Part shown: positions 19,331-32,779 of the stretch, piece by piece
Layout: each line of letters starts with the position of its first letter
Numbering within the stretch: position 1 is the stretch's first letter
DNA from: the human T2T-CHM13v2.0 reference genome, Homo sapiens
Direction: 5' to 3' (one strand)
Assembly: GCF_009914755.1 (NCBI RefSeq)
Contig: NC_060947.1
Length of the DNA stretch: 64,000 bases
The notes under the pieces: model-generated
What the model saw: only the letters and a program-made list of their open reading frames with translations
Told to the model about the DNA's origin: nothing
Database searches by the model: none
Translations under genes and position numbers: made by a program

Positions 19331-19644
19331 TAATGCTTTTCAGGAGTAAAGTTCGAGGGCAGAGTGTTTGACTGCAAGGGGCTAGCATGGATGTAATCAT
19401 TTTAAACTAATATAATTTTCCTATATTTTGATTACAGTAATGGTTATGTGACTCTATGCATTGGTCAAAACTCATAAATATTCCTCAATAAGTGTAGACT
19501 TAATTTTATATACATTCTAAAAAAATATTTTAAAAATGAAGTTGATGACTAGACCCATTAACGGGCATCAAAATAATGAGCACAGTGTTCCCCAATTGTA
19601 ATGTTATCAGAATAAAAAAGTACTAGGATACAAATGAAAGGTAA

Positions 19645-19850
19645 TTCAGGTATAGTACAAAGTACATTGGACTTTGACTCAAAAAAGTTTTCTTTTAAAT
19701 TTCTGACTGTTAATAAGTAATATTGAGCAAATCACTTAGCTTTTCTTCACCTCGGCTTTCTAATTAGTGAAATAAGGTAATAATTATTTCACAAAAGTTC
19801 TAATGTTTAAATGGTATTATTTATCTGAAATCACTTTATAGGCTATAAAA
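19645..19850 (+). mobile_element. MIR
   Basis: Degenerate MIR core ttgagcaaatcacttagc..cctcggctttctaattagtgaaataagg. Confidence 0.6.
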
Positions 19851-19862
19851 TGCTCTTCTAAA

Positions 19863-20070
19863 TTTATTTCATTAAGCAAATGTTAAAGAAGTGACTTGTC
19901 TTAGCAAGCCATTATACTAAATACTATAGGAAATAAATACGAAGATTAGAAATAAATTATGCACACTTGGAGCTTAGTGACAAGAACAGTAGCATATGTA
20001 GAAAGTGAATATAATACAAGTTAGAACGTGGTAAGTGCAAATGAAAGAAAATGAATAGCTGCTACAGAAG
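19863..20070 (-). mobile_element. L2 3' fragment
   Basis: tttcattaagcaaatgtt...atactaaatacta...ggagctta...gtggtaagtgc. Confidence 0.45.
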
Positions 20071-20099
20071 CTCTTGCATCCAAATTTTTACCCTGGAGT

Positions 20100-22400
20100 T
20101 TTATTTTCAATGATGACACATAAACTTGGAAGTTGGTATTCTCATCAACCCAACAAAAAGAAAGACTAATAAAAATCAATGGCTTTTCCTGAATACATCA
20201 GAAAACTGAGGTTCCAGGGGAAAGTATCATTCTGAAATCTGAAGACAGAAGCTCAAGGAAAGAAACAAGGTAGAGATCTACTTACCAGAAGAAGAAGCTG
20301 CTGGGAGCATAAACTGGTAAAAAGTGAAATTTATTAATTTTGATAAATCACTAAAAGCTGCGTGTGAACTAGCTGGAGACTAAGAAATTCACGGATACCA
20401 CAAGGTTAGGGGAACATCTACATTTTTGTGGGCTTTCCACTCCAGGAGTCCCACTAGTTCCTAATGAAAATCTCATGGTAGCTCTGGTAGAGGAAGGGGA
20501 AAAACAATCATTGAAAAATGTGCTCAGAGTCTTCTCCGTAACAAACTTTTATATCACAGGAGAAAATACTTTGCCAGACCCTTATCCTAGTTTAGGGAAA
20601 AACATTCCTTCTACTCCAGCCTCCTCTAGTGTTTCTGTTTCACCTCATGGAGTGAAATAACATAGCCAACAGGAGTAAAGGTGTAAAGAAAATAGGTTTA
20701 AGTGCTGCAGCCAGTGAATGAAATAGGAGATTGTGGAGGAGGGGAGAGACATACTATTGGAGAAAATCTTGTGAAGACCACAACCCTAAGAAAGAGGCCC
20801 ATTAAAACACTAAGAATTAATGGGAAGGTTATAGAACACTTCCTCTTTCCCACATCTTATGACCACATCAATAAGGCTTCAGTATAACAACAATAAATTA
20901 CAGCTGAATGCATTGCCAAACACAGATTCTCAATGAGGAGGGGCAGTTAGAGAATTTCACAGTCAAGAAAGCCTAAAACTTAACGTATAATAATAATAAA
21001 ATAATTAAAAAAAAGAAAGCAGACAAGAACAAAAACACTAAAGGAATTTGAAACCTCTGGTACCTATGGCTATGGGAAACATTAAACAAAATTATAATAC
21101 TAGTATTATCATAAATCATCATAAAGGCTTATTTAGCTCTGTTTCTACTCTCTGAAACATCATGTCTGGCTTTCAACAAATAAATACAAAACATACAAAA
21201 AGGCAAGCAAAAATACAGTCTGAGGTGGCAAAGTAATAATTATATCAAGACTCAGATATGACACAAATATTAAAAATTAATATTCAGAACATTTAAAATA
21301 ACTGTCATTAATAAAGTACTGTAAAAGAAAAGTACAGCATGCAAAAACAGGTAATATAAGCAGGAAAATGGAAACTTTAAGAAAGAATCAAATGGCGATA
21401 TTAAAAGTAAAAGATATTGTAACAGAAAAACAAATGCCTTTGACATGCTTGTTTGTAGACCTACCCAGCTGAGGAAATTGTCAATGGGCTAGAATATATG
21501 TCTATATAAATTTTCTAAAACGAAATGCAGAAAGAAAAAAAAATCAAAAAATCCCAGTGGAACAGAATATCCTAAAACAGTGGGTTCATTTCAAAAGGTG
21601 TAAATCACACATAATTAAACTATAATAAGGAGAAGAAAAAAAGAATGAAATAGAAGAATTATTGAAGTAATAATGGCCTAAAACTTTTTGAAAATTAAAA
21701 CCACACACCAATTCACACAGCAAGGAAGCTCACAGGACACTAAGCAGCACTAATGCAATTAAACAAACAATAAACACACCTGGACACATCATATTTAAAT
21801 TTCAGAAAAACAAAGCCAACTAAAAATATTTAAAGAAAACTAGAGGAGAAAAGGACCTTACTTACAGAGGAATAAGGATTAGAATGACATTGGACTTCAT
21901 TTCAGAAACCATGAAAGCAAAAAAAAAAAAAAAAAAAAGCTTTGAGTGAAATATTTAGTTTTGAAAGAAAAAAATTACAAACTGAAAAGAATATATTTAG
22001 TATAAATTATTCTTCAAACATGAAGGTAAAGTTAATGATCAAGGAATTAATTTTCCAAAAAAATAACAATATTTAACATAAATTTACCTAAGGAAGCATC
22101 AAAATATATGAGGCAAAACCTGATAAAACTTTAAGGAGAAATGGGCACATGTACTCTTAAAGTTAAATGTTTTAACGCCACCTATTCAGTTATTGATAGA
22201 GGAAGTAGACACAAAAGCAGTAAGGATATAGTGGACATACGCTGCTTATCAATTTAATCTAATTGACATTTTAAATACTCCATCCAACATCAGAATATGC
22301 ATTATTTTCAAGCTCAAATGAAACATTCATCAAGAGAGAACACAATTTGTACCAGAAAATATGCCTTAAAAACTTTAAATAATAGATATCTATTGAAGTT
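20100..22400 (+). mobile_element. Old L1M (L1MC/MD-like) 5'UTR, ORF1 and ORF2-EN remnants
   Basis: ORF1-like motifs (aatgcctttga, aaggaagctca, ttcagaaaccatgaaagc) and EN-like motifs (aatatgcattattttcaagctcaaatgaaacattc). Confidence 0.7.
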
Positions 22401-22402
22401 TT

Positions 22403-25400
22403 TTCTTAGTCCATTTTTGTGTGGCTATAAGAGAATACCATAGGCTAGGTAATTTATGAAGAAAAGAAAATTATTTCTCACAGTTGTGAAGTTTGAAAAG
22501 TCCAAGAGCATTACACTGGTATCCAGTGAGAACATTCATGCCGCATCATCCCATTGTAGAAGGCTGAAGGGAAAGAGAGCGTGGGAATGAGTGAACAAGA
22601 GAGGGCCAAACTAGATTCTATAACAACCCATTTTCATGATAAAGAACTCACTCCAGTGGTAAGGACATTACTGCATTCATGAGGATGAAGCCCTCATGGC
22701 AAAATCATCTCTTATCAGTCCCACTTCTAAATAATGTCACAATGGCAATAAAATTTCAACATGAGTTTTGAAGGGGAAATGCAAACCATAGCATTCTTCT
22801 CCTGACTCCCCAAAACTAATGTCTTCCCACATACAAAATACATTCATTCCATCTCAGTAGTCCACAAAATCTTAACTGGCTCCACCATCAACTTAAAAGT
22901 CAAAAGTCCAGACAGACACTGATGTAAATCAGATATGGATGATACTTGAGGCCTAATTAATCCTGAGGCACATTCCTCTCCATCTGTGAGCCTGTGAAAT
23001 TAGCAAGTTACATGCTTATAACAAATGCTGGCAAGGATGTGGAGAAAAGGGAAACCTCATACAACCTTGGTGGGAATATAAATTAGTACAACTACAGTGG
23101 AGTACAGTTTGGAGGTTCATCAAAAAAATAAAAATAGAGCTACCATATGATCCAGCAATCCCATTTCTGGGTATATACCCAAAAGAAAGGAAATCAGTAT
23201 ATTGAAGAGACATCTGCACTGCCATGTTTTTTGCAGCAATGTTTGCAATAGCCAAACTTTGGAAGCAACATACGTGTCCATCAACAGATGAATGGATAAA
23301 GAAAATGTGGTACATACATACAATGGAGTACTATCCAGCCATTAAATTAAGAATGAGATTCAGGCATTTGCAACAACATGGATAGAACTGGAGGTCATTA
23401 TGCTATGTGAAATAAGCCAGGTGCAGAAAGACAAACATCACATGTTCTCAGTTATTTGTGGGATCTAAAAATCAAAACAATTGAACTTAAGGAGACAGAG
23501 AATAGAAAGATGGTTACCAGAGGCTAGGAAGGTGAGTCGAGGGGCAAGGGGGAAGTGGGGATGGTCAATGTATACAAAAAATTAATTAGAAATAATGAAT
23601 AAGACCTATTATTTTATAGCACAACAGGATTACTGTAGTCAACAATAATTTAATTGTACAATTTTAAATAACTAAAAGAGCATAATTGGATTGTTTGTTA
23701 CACAAAGAAGTGCTTGAGGGAATGAGTATGCAATTCTCCATGATGTGATTATTACACATTGTATGCTTGTATCAAAACTTCTGAGGTACCCTTTAAATAT
23801 ATACACCCACTACATACCCAAAACATTTTTTAAATTAAAAAATAAGTTATATGCTTTCAAAATACAATGTCAGGAAAGACATAAAATAGACATTCTCATT
23901 TCCAAAAGGAGAAAAAGGCAAGAATAAAGAATAGGCTTCAAGCAAGTCTGAAAACTAACAAGAAAAACAACATTAAGTCTTCAAGCTGGAGAATTCTCTC
24001 CTTTGACTCCATGTTGTACATCTTGGGTACAGTGAAGCAGGGATTGGGCTCCTAAGGCCTTAGGCACACCCCACCCTATGACTTTACTGGGCTCAGTCCA
24101 CCCAGAAGCTCACACAGGTTGGAGTTTTGTTTCTGCAGCTTTTCCAGCCTGGAGTTGCATGCTAGTGGCCCTGCAGTTCTATGGTCTTGGAGGTTTCCTT
24201 ACTCCCACTGCTCCACTAGGTATTGCTCCAGTGGGGGCTCTCTGCAGTGGCTACCACTGTGAGAAATCTCTCCCATGGACCCCAAGGCTGTTCACAACAT
24301 TCTTTGAAATCTAGGTTGAAGAAGCCTTGCTCACACAGCTCTTGCATTCTCCACACATGTAGAATTAACACTGTATGGACACCACCAAAGTTTATGGCTT
24401 GTATCCTTCATGTGGTAGGTTGAGACACACCTGGACCTGCTTGAGCCAAGCCTGGAGTGGCTGAGAAGTGTTGCGCTGTAATGCAGAGAGCACAGACCTG
24501 AGGCACCTGTGGGAAGGAATCCCATGGAGGGCACTTGAGGACCCTCTCCCCAAACCACTCTGCCCTTCTAGAGCTTTTGATCTATGAACAAAGGGGCAGT
24601 CTCAAAGACCTCTGAAATGCCTTTGTGGTCCTTCTCCAATTGTCTTGATTATTCCTTATATCTGTATTTTTCTTTTTAGGAAATGGTCACTTGGCTCATC
24701 TTTGGTTTGCTTCCTCAAACTCATTTTTTCATTCTTCACAGGGTCAGGCTGAAAGTTTTCAAACTGTTTTCATTCTGTTTCTCTTTTAATTATAAATTTA
24801 AACTCTAAGTTATTTATTTCTTTTACATCTTACTGTGTGAGATTAAAAGTAGCTATGCAGCTCCTTCAATATATTGTTGAGAGATTTCTTCTGCCAGATA
24901 TCCTAGTTCATCACTCTTAAATTTTTATTCTATAAAGCTCTAGGGCATAAACACAATTCAGCCAAATTATTTGCCACTCTATAACAAGATTGTCCATTAC
25001 TCACATTTCCAGTACTTCTCTTCTCCATCTGAGACCTCATCAGAGTGGCCTTTAATGTGCTCATTTCAATCAACATTCTGATCATGACCACTTAAGTAAT
25101 CTCTAAAAAGTTTCAAACTTTCTCTACAACTCTCCTTTTCTAAGCCCTCACCAGAATTACCTTGAATACTCCATTTATGGCAATCTAGTCTTTTTTTTAG
25201 CCTGTTTCTCCTAATTCTTTTATCCTCTATCCATTATCAAGTTCCAAAACTACTTCAATATTTTCAGGTATTTGTTATAGCAATAGCTCCACTTCTCTAT
25301 ATGAATTCTCCATCTTAGTCTATTTTTATTGTTGTTGTTGCTATAGCAGAATAATACAGACTGGGTAATTTATTTTAAAAAGTAATTGATTTTTCACAAT

Positions 25401-25600
25401 TCTGGAGGCTGGGAAGTTCAATATCAAGGTGCTGGCCTTTTTGCTCTTTCATCCCATGACAGAAAGCAGAAGTGCAAGAAAGCATGAGAGTGAGTGATAA
25501 AGAGAGGGTTAAACTTTCTTTTCTAACAATTCACTCTCATAATATTGAACCCACACCCATGATAACAATATTAATCCATATAATCCTATAACTCAAGCAT
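22403..25600 (-). mobile_element. Two-LTR MST-family MaLR element (LTR 22403-22792, internal region, partial LTR 25312-25600)
   Basis: Both LTRs begin ttagtc.atttt...gctata...gtaatttat on the plus strand; the left LTR ends aaaccatagca next to a polypurine tract on minus; internal MaLR motifs (ctttgactccatg, ctgagacctcatcag, ttccaaaactacttc). Confidence 0.85.
23018..23843 (+). mobile_element. 5'-truncated L1MA1-3-like insertion inside the MST internal region
   Basis: L1MA 3' end; 13-bp TSD aagttacatgctt/aagttatatgctt (23005-23017, 23844-23856). Confidence 0.9.
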
Positions 25601-28428
25601 TTACTCTTTTAATGCTCTCCCATGTTTCCTTCATTTATTTTCATTTCTTTCTGCTTCTTCCTTGGATTGTATATTTTCAAATAACCTGTCTTTCCTCAAA
25701 TTTCACCAATTCTTTCTTATGCCTGCTCAATTCTGCAATTGATGCTCTCCATTGCATATTTAATTGTATGTATTATATTTTAGCTCCATAATTCCTGTTT
25801 GATTTTTTAAATAATTTCAACCTCCCCATTACATTTATAATTTTGATTTTCTGTTGTTTTCCTGATATTGTTGAATTGTTTCTGTGTATTTTCTTGAAGT
25901 TTTCTGAACATCAGAAAATAATTAAAGAAATCAAAAGAAATTAAAGAAATTCTTTTCTTTTTTTTTCAGGTGGTTCATAAATATATATTTCTTTAGGATC
26001 ACTTACTGGTGCTTTATTTTGTTCCATTGGTGGTGTCATTGTTCCCTGATTATTATTGAACCTTGTGGCCATGCATTGGTCTCTGTCCATTTGAAGTAGA
26101 AACTTAGTCCAGTATTTTTAGACTGGCTTTGTCTGGCAAAGCTCTTCACTAGTCAGCAAGTCCACAGATTCTGGGCTGGCCATCTGGCATGGTCTAGAGG
26201 CAGGTCTGCTGCTCGAGTTTTGGTACACGGGTGATGGCCTGTAGGCTTGGTCCCTAGGGTCCAGCTTGGAGGCTGGGTCTGTGAGGACTGGCCTATATTG
26301 TGGGGCTATTGGGCCAGCCTGGTTCCACAGGGGCAATCCTGGAGCTAGGTCTGTGGAATCTCATCCAGCACTGGAGCAGGCTTGAAGCCAGGGGCTGTGG
26401 GATCCAGTCTGGCAATAAGACCCTTTCCAAGGGTACTGGCCTAGAGTTTGGGACTCTGAGGTTCTTTCCAGAATTGAGATTTATTGAGGCAGGCCTCATT
26501 CTGGAATACAAAGCAAGTTTGATGCTCACCTTCCTCTCTTTTCCCAAATCAGAGGGTATCTATAACACTATGGTTCTTGCAGACTCATAAAGGTACCACC
26601 TTGATCATCCTGGACAACTTCCAGGAAAAGTATCTGGATTACCAGGCAGAGACTCTTGTTCTCTTCTCCTACTTACTCAAAAAACAAAACAAAACAAAAC
26701 AAAAACACACAGCGTCTCTCTCTCTGTCTCTCTCTCTCTCTTTTCTGACCAATGAAAGCTTGGGTTGGAGTGACACAAGCACCCTGGGGCCACCACTATG
26801 ACCACATTGAGTGAGGTCTGAAGCCAGCATGGCATTGTGCCTCACTGAAGGCCTGCTGTAACCACTTCCTGGCTACTGCTTAAATTCGCTTTATGCCCTG
26901 GGACTCAACAGTCAGCTTGTGGCAAAGTCAGCCAGGCCTGTGTCTTTCCCTTCAGGGTGGTGATATGCCCCAGGCCCTGGGTGGGTCCAGAGATGATATC
27001 TGTAATTCAGGGACTACAGTCAAAACCCTTAGAAATCTACTTGGTATTATATTGTACTATGACTGAGCTATCAGTAAAACTGCAATATGCAGTCCTTTCC
27101 ACACTTCCCTTTTCTTCTCAAAGGCAGCCACCATTACCCCATGCCATGAGAACCACTGCCACAATACTTGCATTGTTCTCTTAAGTTTCAAGGACTCAAA
27201 TCAGCTTGTGGTGAATGCCGCATGGTCTGGGACTCACCTTTCAGGGCAGTGGATTCCCCTCTACTTCGGGACAGGTCCAGAAATGACATCTAAGAGTCAA
27301 GTCCAAGAATCAGGGACCCCAGGAGCCCATTTGGTGCTCTACCCCACTGTGGCCTTAGTTGTACCTAAGTTGCAAGACAAAGTCCCCTTTACTTTTCCCT
27401 CTGCTTTCTTCAAGCAGAAGTTTTACCCCAGAGCCACCACAGCTGGTAATGAGCTGAATCTCACCTGGAGCCACCAAGACTCACAGGCTCACCCAAGCTC
27501 CTCAATATATTACCTGGGTATCCCTACTGGTTATTCAGGGCACAAGGGCTCTTTAATTGGCAGGTGATAATCGCTGCCAGTACTGGGTCCTTTCCTTCAA
27601 GGCAGTAGGTTTCTTTCTGGCTTAGGGTGTATCTAGAAATATCACCTGGGAGCTAGGGCCTGGAACAGGGGCCTCATGACTCTGACAGGTGCCCTATCCT
27701 TCTGGGGCTGAGCTGGTATCCAAGATGCAAGACCAAGTCCTCTCCACTCTCCCCTTTCCTCTCCTCATGCAAAATGAAGGGATCTCTTTTGGAGCTGTGA
27801 GATGTGCAGCCTGGGGTGAGGGGAGAGTGATGCCAGCACCCCCTTGGCTGTCCCAGCTAGTATCACAGTATGTCACCTGCCAACCTAGTTTACTGTCTCT
27901 GGGCCCAGTTCAGCACTAAGACTTATCTAAAATTTGCAGTCTTTATGGCCTAGATTGTCCTTCAAGCTTACTTGGAGACAGAGCGTGTTATAGTCCTCAA
28001 TTGTGAGGCTTGAGGGAACTCAAGTTCAGACCCCTGGAACTGACAATTTCCCCCTGGATAACGCTGGTTTAAACGCTTCCTGCATGGGTAGGCATCAGCT
28101 GAGTTTGGTCCAGTTTTCCTTTCTGCTCTAACAAAACAACACTGTGTTTAATATCTCACAATTCCTGTGTTTTCTCTTCCTAAGCCCCCAGAGATGCTCT
28201 GTGCACCACTGCTGGGGGCAAAGGAGGTGTGGTATAGGCAATTTAGGACCGTTTTTCCATCTTTTCAGTGCCTTTTTCAGTAATATGAAGTTAAAACCAG
28301 GTACTATGAGTGCTCACCTGGTTTTTGGTTTTATGAAGGTGTTTTTTTCCTGTGTATATAGTTGTCAAATTGATTTCCTTGCCAGGGGATGATTGATAGA
28401 GCCTTCTATTCTGCCATCTTGCTCCCCA
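25601..28428 (-). mobile_element. L1M (L1MA-type) long 5'UTR and start of ORF1
   Basis: Terminal ttctgccatcttgctcc (AAGATGGC on minus) at about 28410-28426; GC-richer UTR with repeated ccttca/gcagtg/ggtccaga modules. Confidence 0.75.
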
Positions 28429-28977
28429 CGTTATTTTATCATCTAGATTCACCAAAATGTAAAGAACTTGAGCTTTACAATTATTGGTGGTGTGTGATAA
28501 TACTTTTCTGTGTTAATGACAAGAAATAATATTAATATTCTCACAATAGCTTTGTTTATTATTTAAATATTTGAAAATTAGAATTCTTAAACTTGAGAAA
28601 GGCTGAAAAATATCAGAGCCAAAAGTTATTTGGCTCACATATGCTAATAATGAAATTCTGATCATTCAAAATGTGAAGCATTTTAATTAGAAAATAATTT
28701 TATAGAGCTTGATTAGTGAGATGGAGGTTGGAACTGGCAGCATCTAACACCAAGTAACTGAGATGCTTTTTTCTGCTTGGTGATAATATAGATATTAGAG
28801 TTTCTAACTCGTTATTACCTCTCTATTTTGTCAATAGCAACATATTTATAATGGTCTGAAGTGAACAGATTTATCAATTTTGTACGTTTAAATATTCTTA
28901 GGGTGAGTTTCTAAAATGAGTTCTATGCACATAGGAATTTTCCATTGTGAACATATAGTTTCAGAAATAAGATTTTT

Positions 28978-29462
28978 CCAACTAATGGCCAATCAGAAAA
29001 TGTTTGAATCTGCCTATGACCTGTAAGCCCTCACTTTGAATTGTTTAATCTTTTGAGTCTGAACCAATGTAAACTTCACATGCATTAATTTTTGTGTATG
29101 ATGAAAGGAAAAGGTCCAATTTTATTACTGTACACATGGATATTGTTTTCCCAACACCATTTATTGAAGATAATATCATTTTCCAATTGTGTATCTTAGT
29201 GACAATGGGAAATGAATTATGTCTTCTTACAACGTATAAAACCAATGAAAGCTTGGTGTGGCGTGACACAAGCTCTCCTATGGCCACCATCACTATGACT
29301 GCATTGAGTCAGACTGCAAATGTATGTCTTATGTCTCCCTAAAACGTATAAAGCCAAGCTATAACTCAACCACTTTGGCCCCGTGTTCTCAGGACCCCTT
29401 GAGACTGTGCCTCAGGCCATGATCACTCATACTTGGTTCAGAATAGACCTCTTTAAATATTA
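28978..29462 (+). mobile_element. MER4-group ERV1 LTR (3' part) interrupted by a composite insert at about 29087-29322
   Basis: gccaatcagaaaat.tttgaatct.cctatgacctg; atgtcttatgtctccctaaaa.gtataaa; tgttctcagga; tcagaata.a.ctctttaaatatt. Confidence 0.82.
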
Positions 29463-29735
29463 AAAAAGAAATCGAATTTTTGTTTCTTCTGTGTTAATTG
29501 AAAACCTCACTCTTCCCTACTTTCCCCAGTGCTAAGTGGAGTGTTACACACAGTAGAACTTTAATTCTAAGTCAACTATTTAACTGTACTGTTTTCTCTG
29601 CACAGACAAAACAAGTACATTAGAGAAAAGTTTAGAAGACATAAAGACTAGTGAAAACCAAAAGGTAACATCACATTTTTGTAAAGTGTGCTGCACCAAG
29701 ATAATAAATAGCTCTAGTTTTTATTAAATTCTTCT

Positions 29736-29737
<2 letters not shown>

Positions 29738-29766
<29 letters not shown>
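29738..29766. repeat. (TG)n microsatellite
   Basis: Seen directly in the sequence. Confidence 0.95.
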
Positions 29767-29769
<3 letters not shown>

Positions 29770-29841
29770 TCTTATTTATTTAAGAAGGCTGCTTCTTGGG
29801 GGAGAGAAAATCTGAAATCTGTTGGGCACTATAGGGGGCGC

Positions 29842-30268
29842 TGTTGTGTACTACCCAGATTCCCATTACCCTGACCCTTGAATGTGCCACCTCTTTCAGA
29901 AATTAAAAACTCATTCTCCTAGTTGCTGGAAGTGGTGGCCGGCAGTTATCATTTGTGTCCTTCACTTTGTTTGCCAATCACAGAAGGGGACAGCATTGCT
30001 GAAGATTACACCCCTGCCTGGGGCAACTCATATCCAATGAGTATTCAATGTCACCATCTTTGCCCCAATTTAGAACACTCTAACGCAAGAGCTCTCTACA
30101 GGATCTGTGAAACTTTTGCTGCAACTACATGGCACTCCATCTCCTCTCTCTGTCCAGTCCTGCTGCCTTTATTTCCTCATGGCAGTGATCCTGATAGGAC
30201 ACTTAGTAAATGCCCTACATGCAAATTTCCATCTAACTGTTGACTTTCAGGTTAACCAATGTGTGGCA
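29842..30268 (+). mobile_element. LTR16-like ERVL LTR
   Basis: cccagattccc...agagctctctacaggatc...gatcctga..gacact.agtaaa..cctacatgcaaat.tccatct. Confidence 0.65.
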
Positions 30269-30529
30269 GACACACTTTAACAAGTGAAAAACAAATATTT
30301 GAAGCAATAATATGTCTTGGACTGGGGTTTACTAAATAACAAAAACAACAACAAAACCAACAGTAATAATAGCTACTTTAAATGAGCCCTTTCTTCATGT
30401 CAGGTATAGTTCATTATTTTATAAAATCCTCAAAAAAGTTATTAAATAAATATTAATATTGATAGTGAGGGGGGACAGGGAAATTCTAAACAGAAAAGGG
30501 TGGTCCCTGGCAAAACCTGAAATTCATGG

Positions 30530-31040
30530 CTAGCATTTGCAAGGGCCAAGATACAAGAAAAAGTATACAGCATATGTAAAGAATTAAACATAGTTTAGTA
30601 TCAGTAGATGTAATGTTAAAAATTGAGAGGGGTATGATATGAGGCAGAAGGAACAAATAAATACCAAGTCATATATACCCATGTAATGGAAAATCATATA
30701 AGAATCATGGACTTATATTATCAAATTTACATTTCAGGAAGATTTGTAGAGCTGCAATGTGGAACACAAACCAGAAGGAGGCAATACTAGAGGTAAGTAT
30801 TCCAGTTAGACTGCAATAATCTCAGTGAGAGATGATGGCCTAGACTAGGGTAGACTAGCAAAGTTGGAAAGATATTAATGGATTCAGAATACTTAGGAGG
30901 TAGAACTGGTAATACTTGGTTATTGCTTCCCTATAGAGTTAGAGAGAAAACGAGGAATAATGCAGGACTCCCAGATTTGAGACTTAATCAAATGCATAGA
31001 TGTTGGTTCTTTACCCATTTACTGAGAATGGGCAAAAAGA
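30530..31040 (-). mobile_element. L2 fragment
   Basis: ccagttagactgcaataatc..gtgagagatgatggcctagactagggt...gactcccagattt. Confidence 0.65.
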
Positions 31041-31278
31041 GGATAAAAATTAACCATAGGGACATAGAGAAGAGCCTGCTGATGCTCTGTCCTATTTGTC
31101 CTCAGCCTGAGTTCACTTTTCACTGTTGCAGATAGGCCCTATGCACACAGACAGCTTCTTCAAGTGCCTATGTATTCTGACTTCACTAAACTTTCATGCT
31201 CAGTCCACTCTCAGGGAGGATTGGAAGTGCTAGAGAATTAACACTACCAAGGGCTGTTGTAAAACAACTACACTACAA

Positions 31279-32100
31279 GGGGTATGCAGATGACTGAGCT
31301 AAGAGAGGAAACTACTGGATGATGACAATAATGAAGATGGGTGACGATCAGCTGGAGTCGATCAAATATGATGAAAAAGAGGCTAAGGAAGGAGAGGATG
31401 ACAGAGAAAGTGCCAATACTGAAGATGACTCTCAAGCACATAGTATGATTTAGAAATCTAATCCCATTATTTCTTTACCTAGGTGCTTGTCTAAGATCAA
31501 ACTTTTCATCAGACCTTTTCTCCTAGTGTCTTCAGCACATGCTCACTGTTCTTCCTACCCTCATCCTTTCCATGTTCATTAGTTCATATTTCCTTGTGCC
31601 TAGTCCCATTCTCACTTCCTTTGATTCTCCTAATAATTATGTTGTCTTAACATGCAATTTTTGCTTTCATTTTGGGTACCTCTTTATAACTTAATAAAAA
31701 GGATGTACAGTTTAATTTTTAATCAACAGTCTCCAACATGATCTCTTGTTATGCATTCAGTACAGTTCTTTCCATTCATATGTGAGTTCAGTAGTTGCTT
31801 TCTTAACTGCAAAGGCAATCTTATTTGGTTGAGTAATCCCAGAAGGCATCATTGAATTAGAGGTATTTGTGTTATACCCTATATAAGAGTGCTGTGTGGG
31901 GTTGTTCAACACAAATGTAACAATGTGTTTTTGTAAATAAGTTTTGGCATGTCAAACGTATCCTCTAGAGAGATGATTAGTGTAATAGTCTTAAGATTTG
32001 CTTTTTAAAGTTGATACTGTGGGTTATTTTTGTAAACAGCCTGATGTTTGAGACTTTTTTTCTCAAAATAAACAAGTCCTTATTAAGACAGGAATTTGGA
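31279..32100 (+). pseudogene. HNRNPC: 5'-truncated processed pseudogene of HNRNPC (acidic C-terminus plus 3'UTR)
   Basis: [38 protein letters not shown] vs hnRNP C ...[29 protein letters not shown]. Stop TAA>CAA at 31433. 3'UTR matches (cccattatttctttacctagg, cttcagcacatgctcactgttc, aaagttgatactgtgggttatttttgt). AATAAA at 31693 and 32067. The symbol is that of the parent gene. Confidence 0.93.
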
Positions 32101-32180
32101 GGAAGAAAAAGAAAACAAGACAGGAATGAAGGAAGAAATGAGAGAAGAAAAGAAGGAAGAAAGGAAGCAACGAAGGAAAA
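32101..32180 (+). repeat. (GGAA)/(GAAA)-type purine tract, probably the decayed poly(A) tail
   Basis: Directly follows the HNRNPC retrocopy end. Confidence 0.7.
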
Positions 32181-32779
32181 GTTAATCCAGCAATGGGATG
32201 GCAGAGGTTTCAGTAAAGATATTATAATGTGGCATTTGATGTCCTATTGGGATTTATTTCAACAAGTTTTGCATGGTCAAATTCCATTACTAAGCTTGCC
32301 TTCTACCGGGGATATGTGTGTCTCTCTCATCTTCCATGGTGTCCTCACTGTAAGAAAACCTCACCTCACCTGCTTAATCATAGCACATTTCTAATTGATT
32401 TCGTCTTGCTCATTATTAGCATGAAACTGGTTTAGGTAAAATTAGAACTTTAAATACATTGTTTATTGTATTTTATTGTTAATTACAAATAGAGAGAAAA
32501 AAGATTAAAAAGGCATAACTATATTCTTTAGGCAAATAATGAATTAGTATTTAAAGCTTTGTATTATCTCATCTTTCCAACTAGACAGTGAATTATAAAT
32601 AAGAATTGGTGTATTCTACTTATTTTAATAACCTACCATATATTGTTCACAGTAGTATCAGTGAGTAATATAAATTTCAATAATATTGTAAAGTCTATAC
32701 TCATTCTGAATTTTTTACAAGTTACTGGCCAGTGGTTCTTGCTATATTTTCTTCTAATTTGGTCTTGAGATCTTTTTCA

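Noticed and set aside
30460-30520. Possible MER50/MER52-like LTR start
   Set aside because: Only about 60 nt; too short to call.
31279-31435. SET or ANP32 origin for the acidic coding remnant
   Set aside because: The terminal peptide and the whole 3'UTR match HNRNPC instead.
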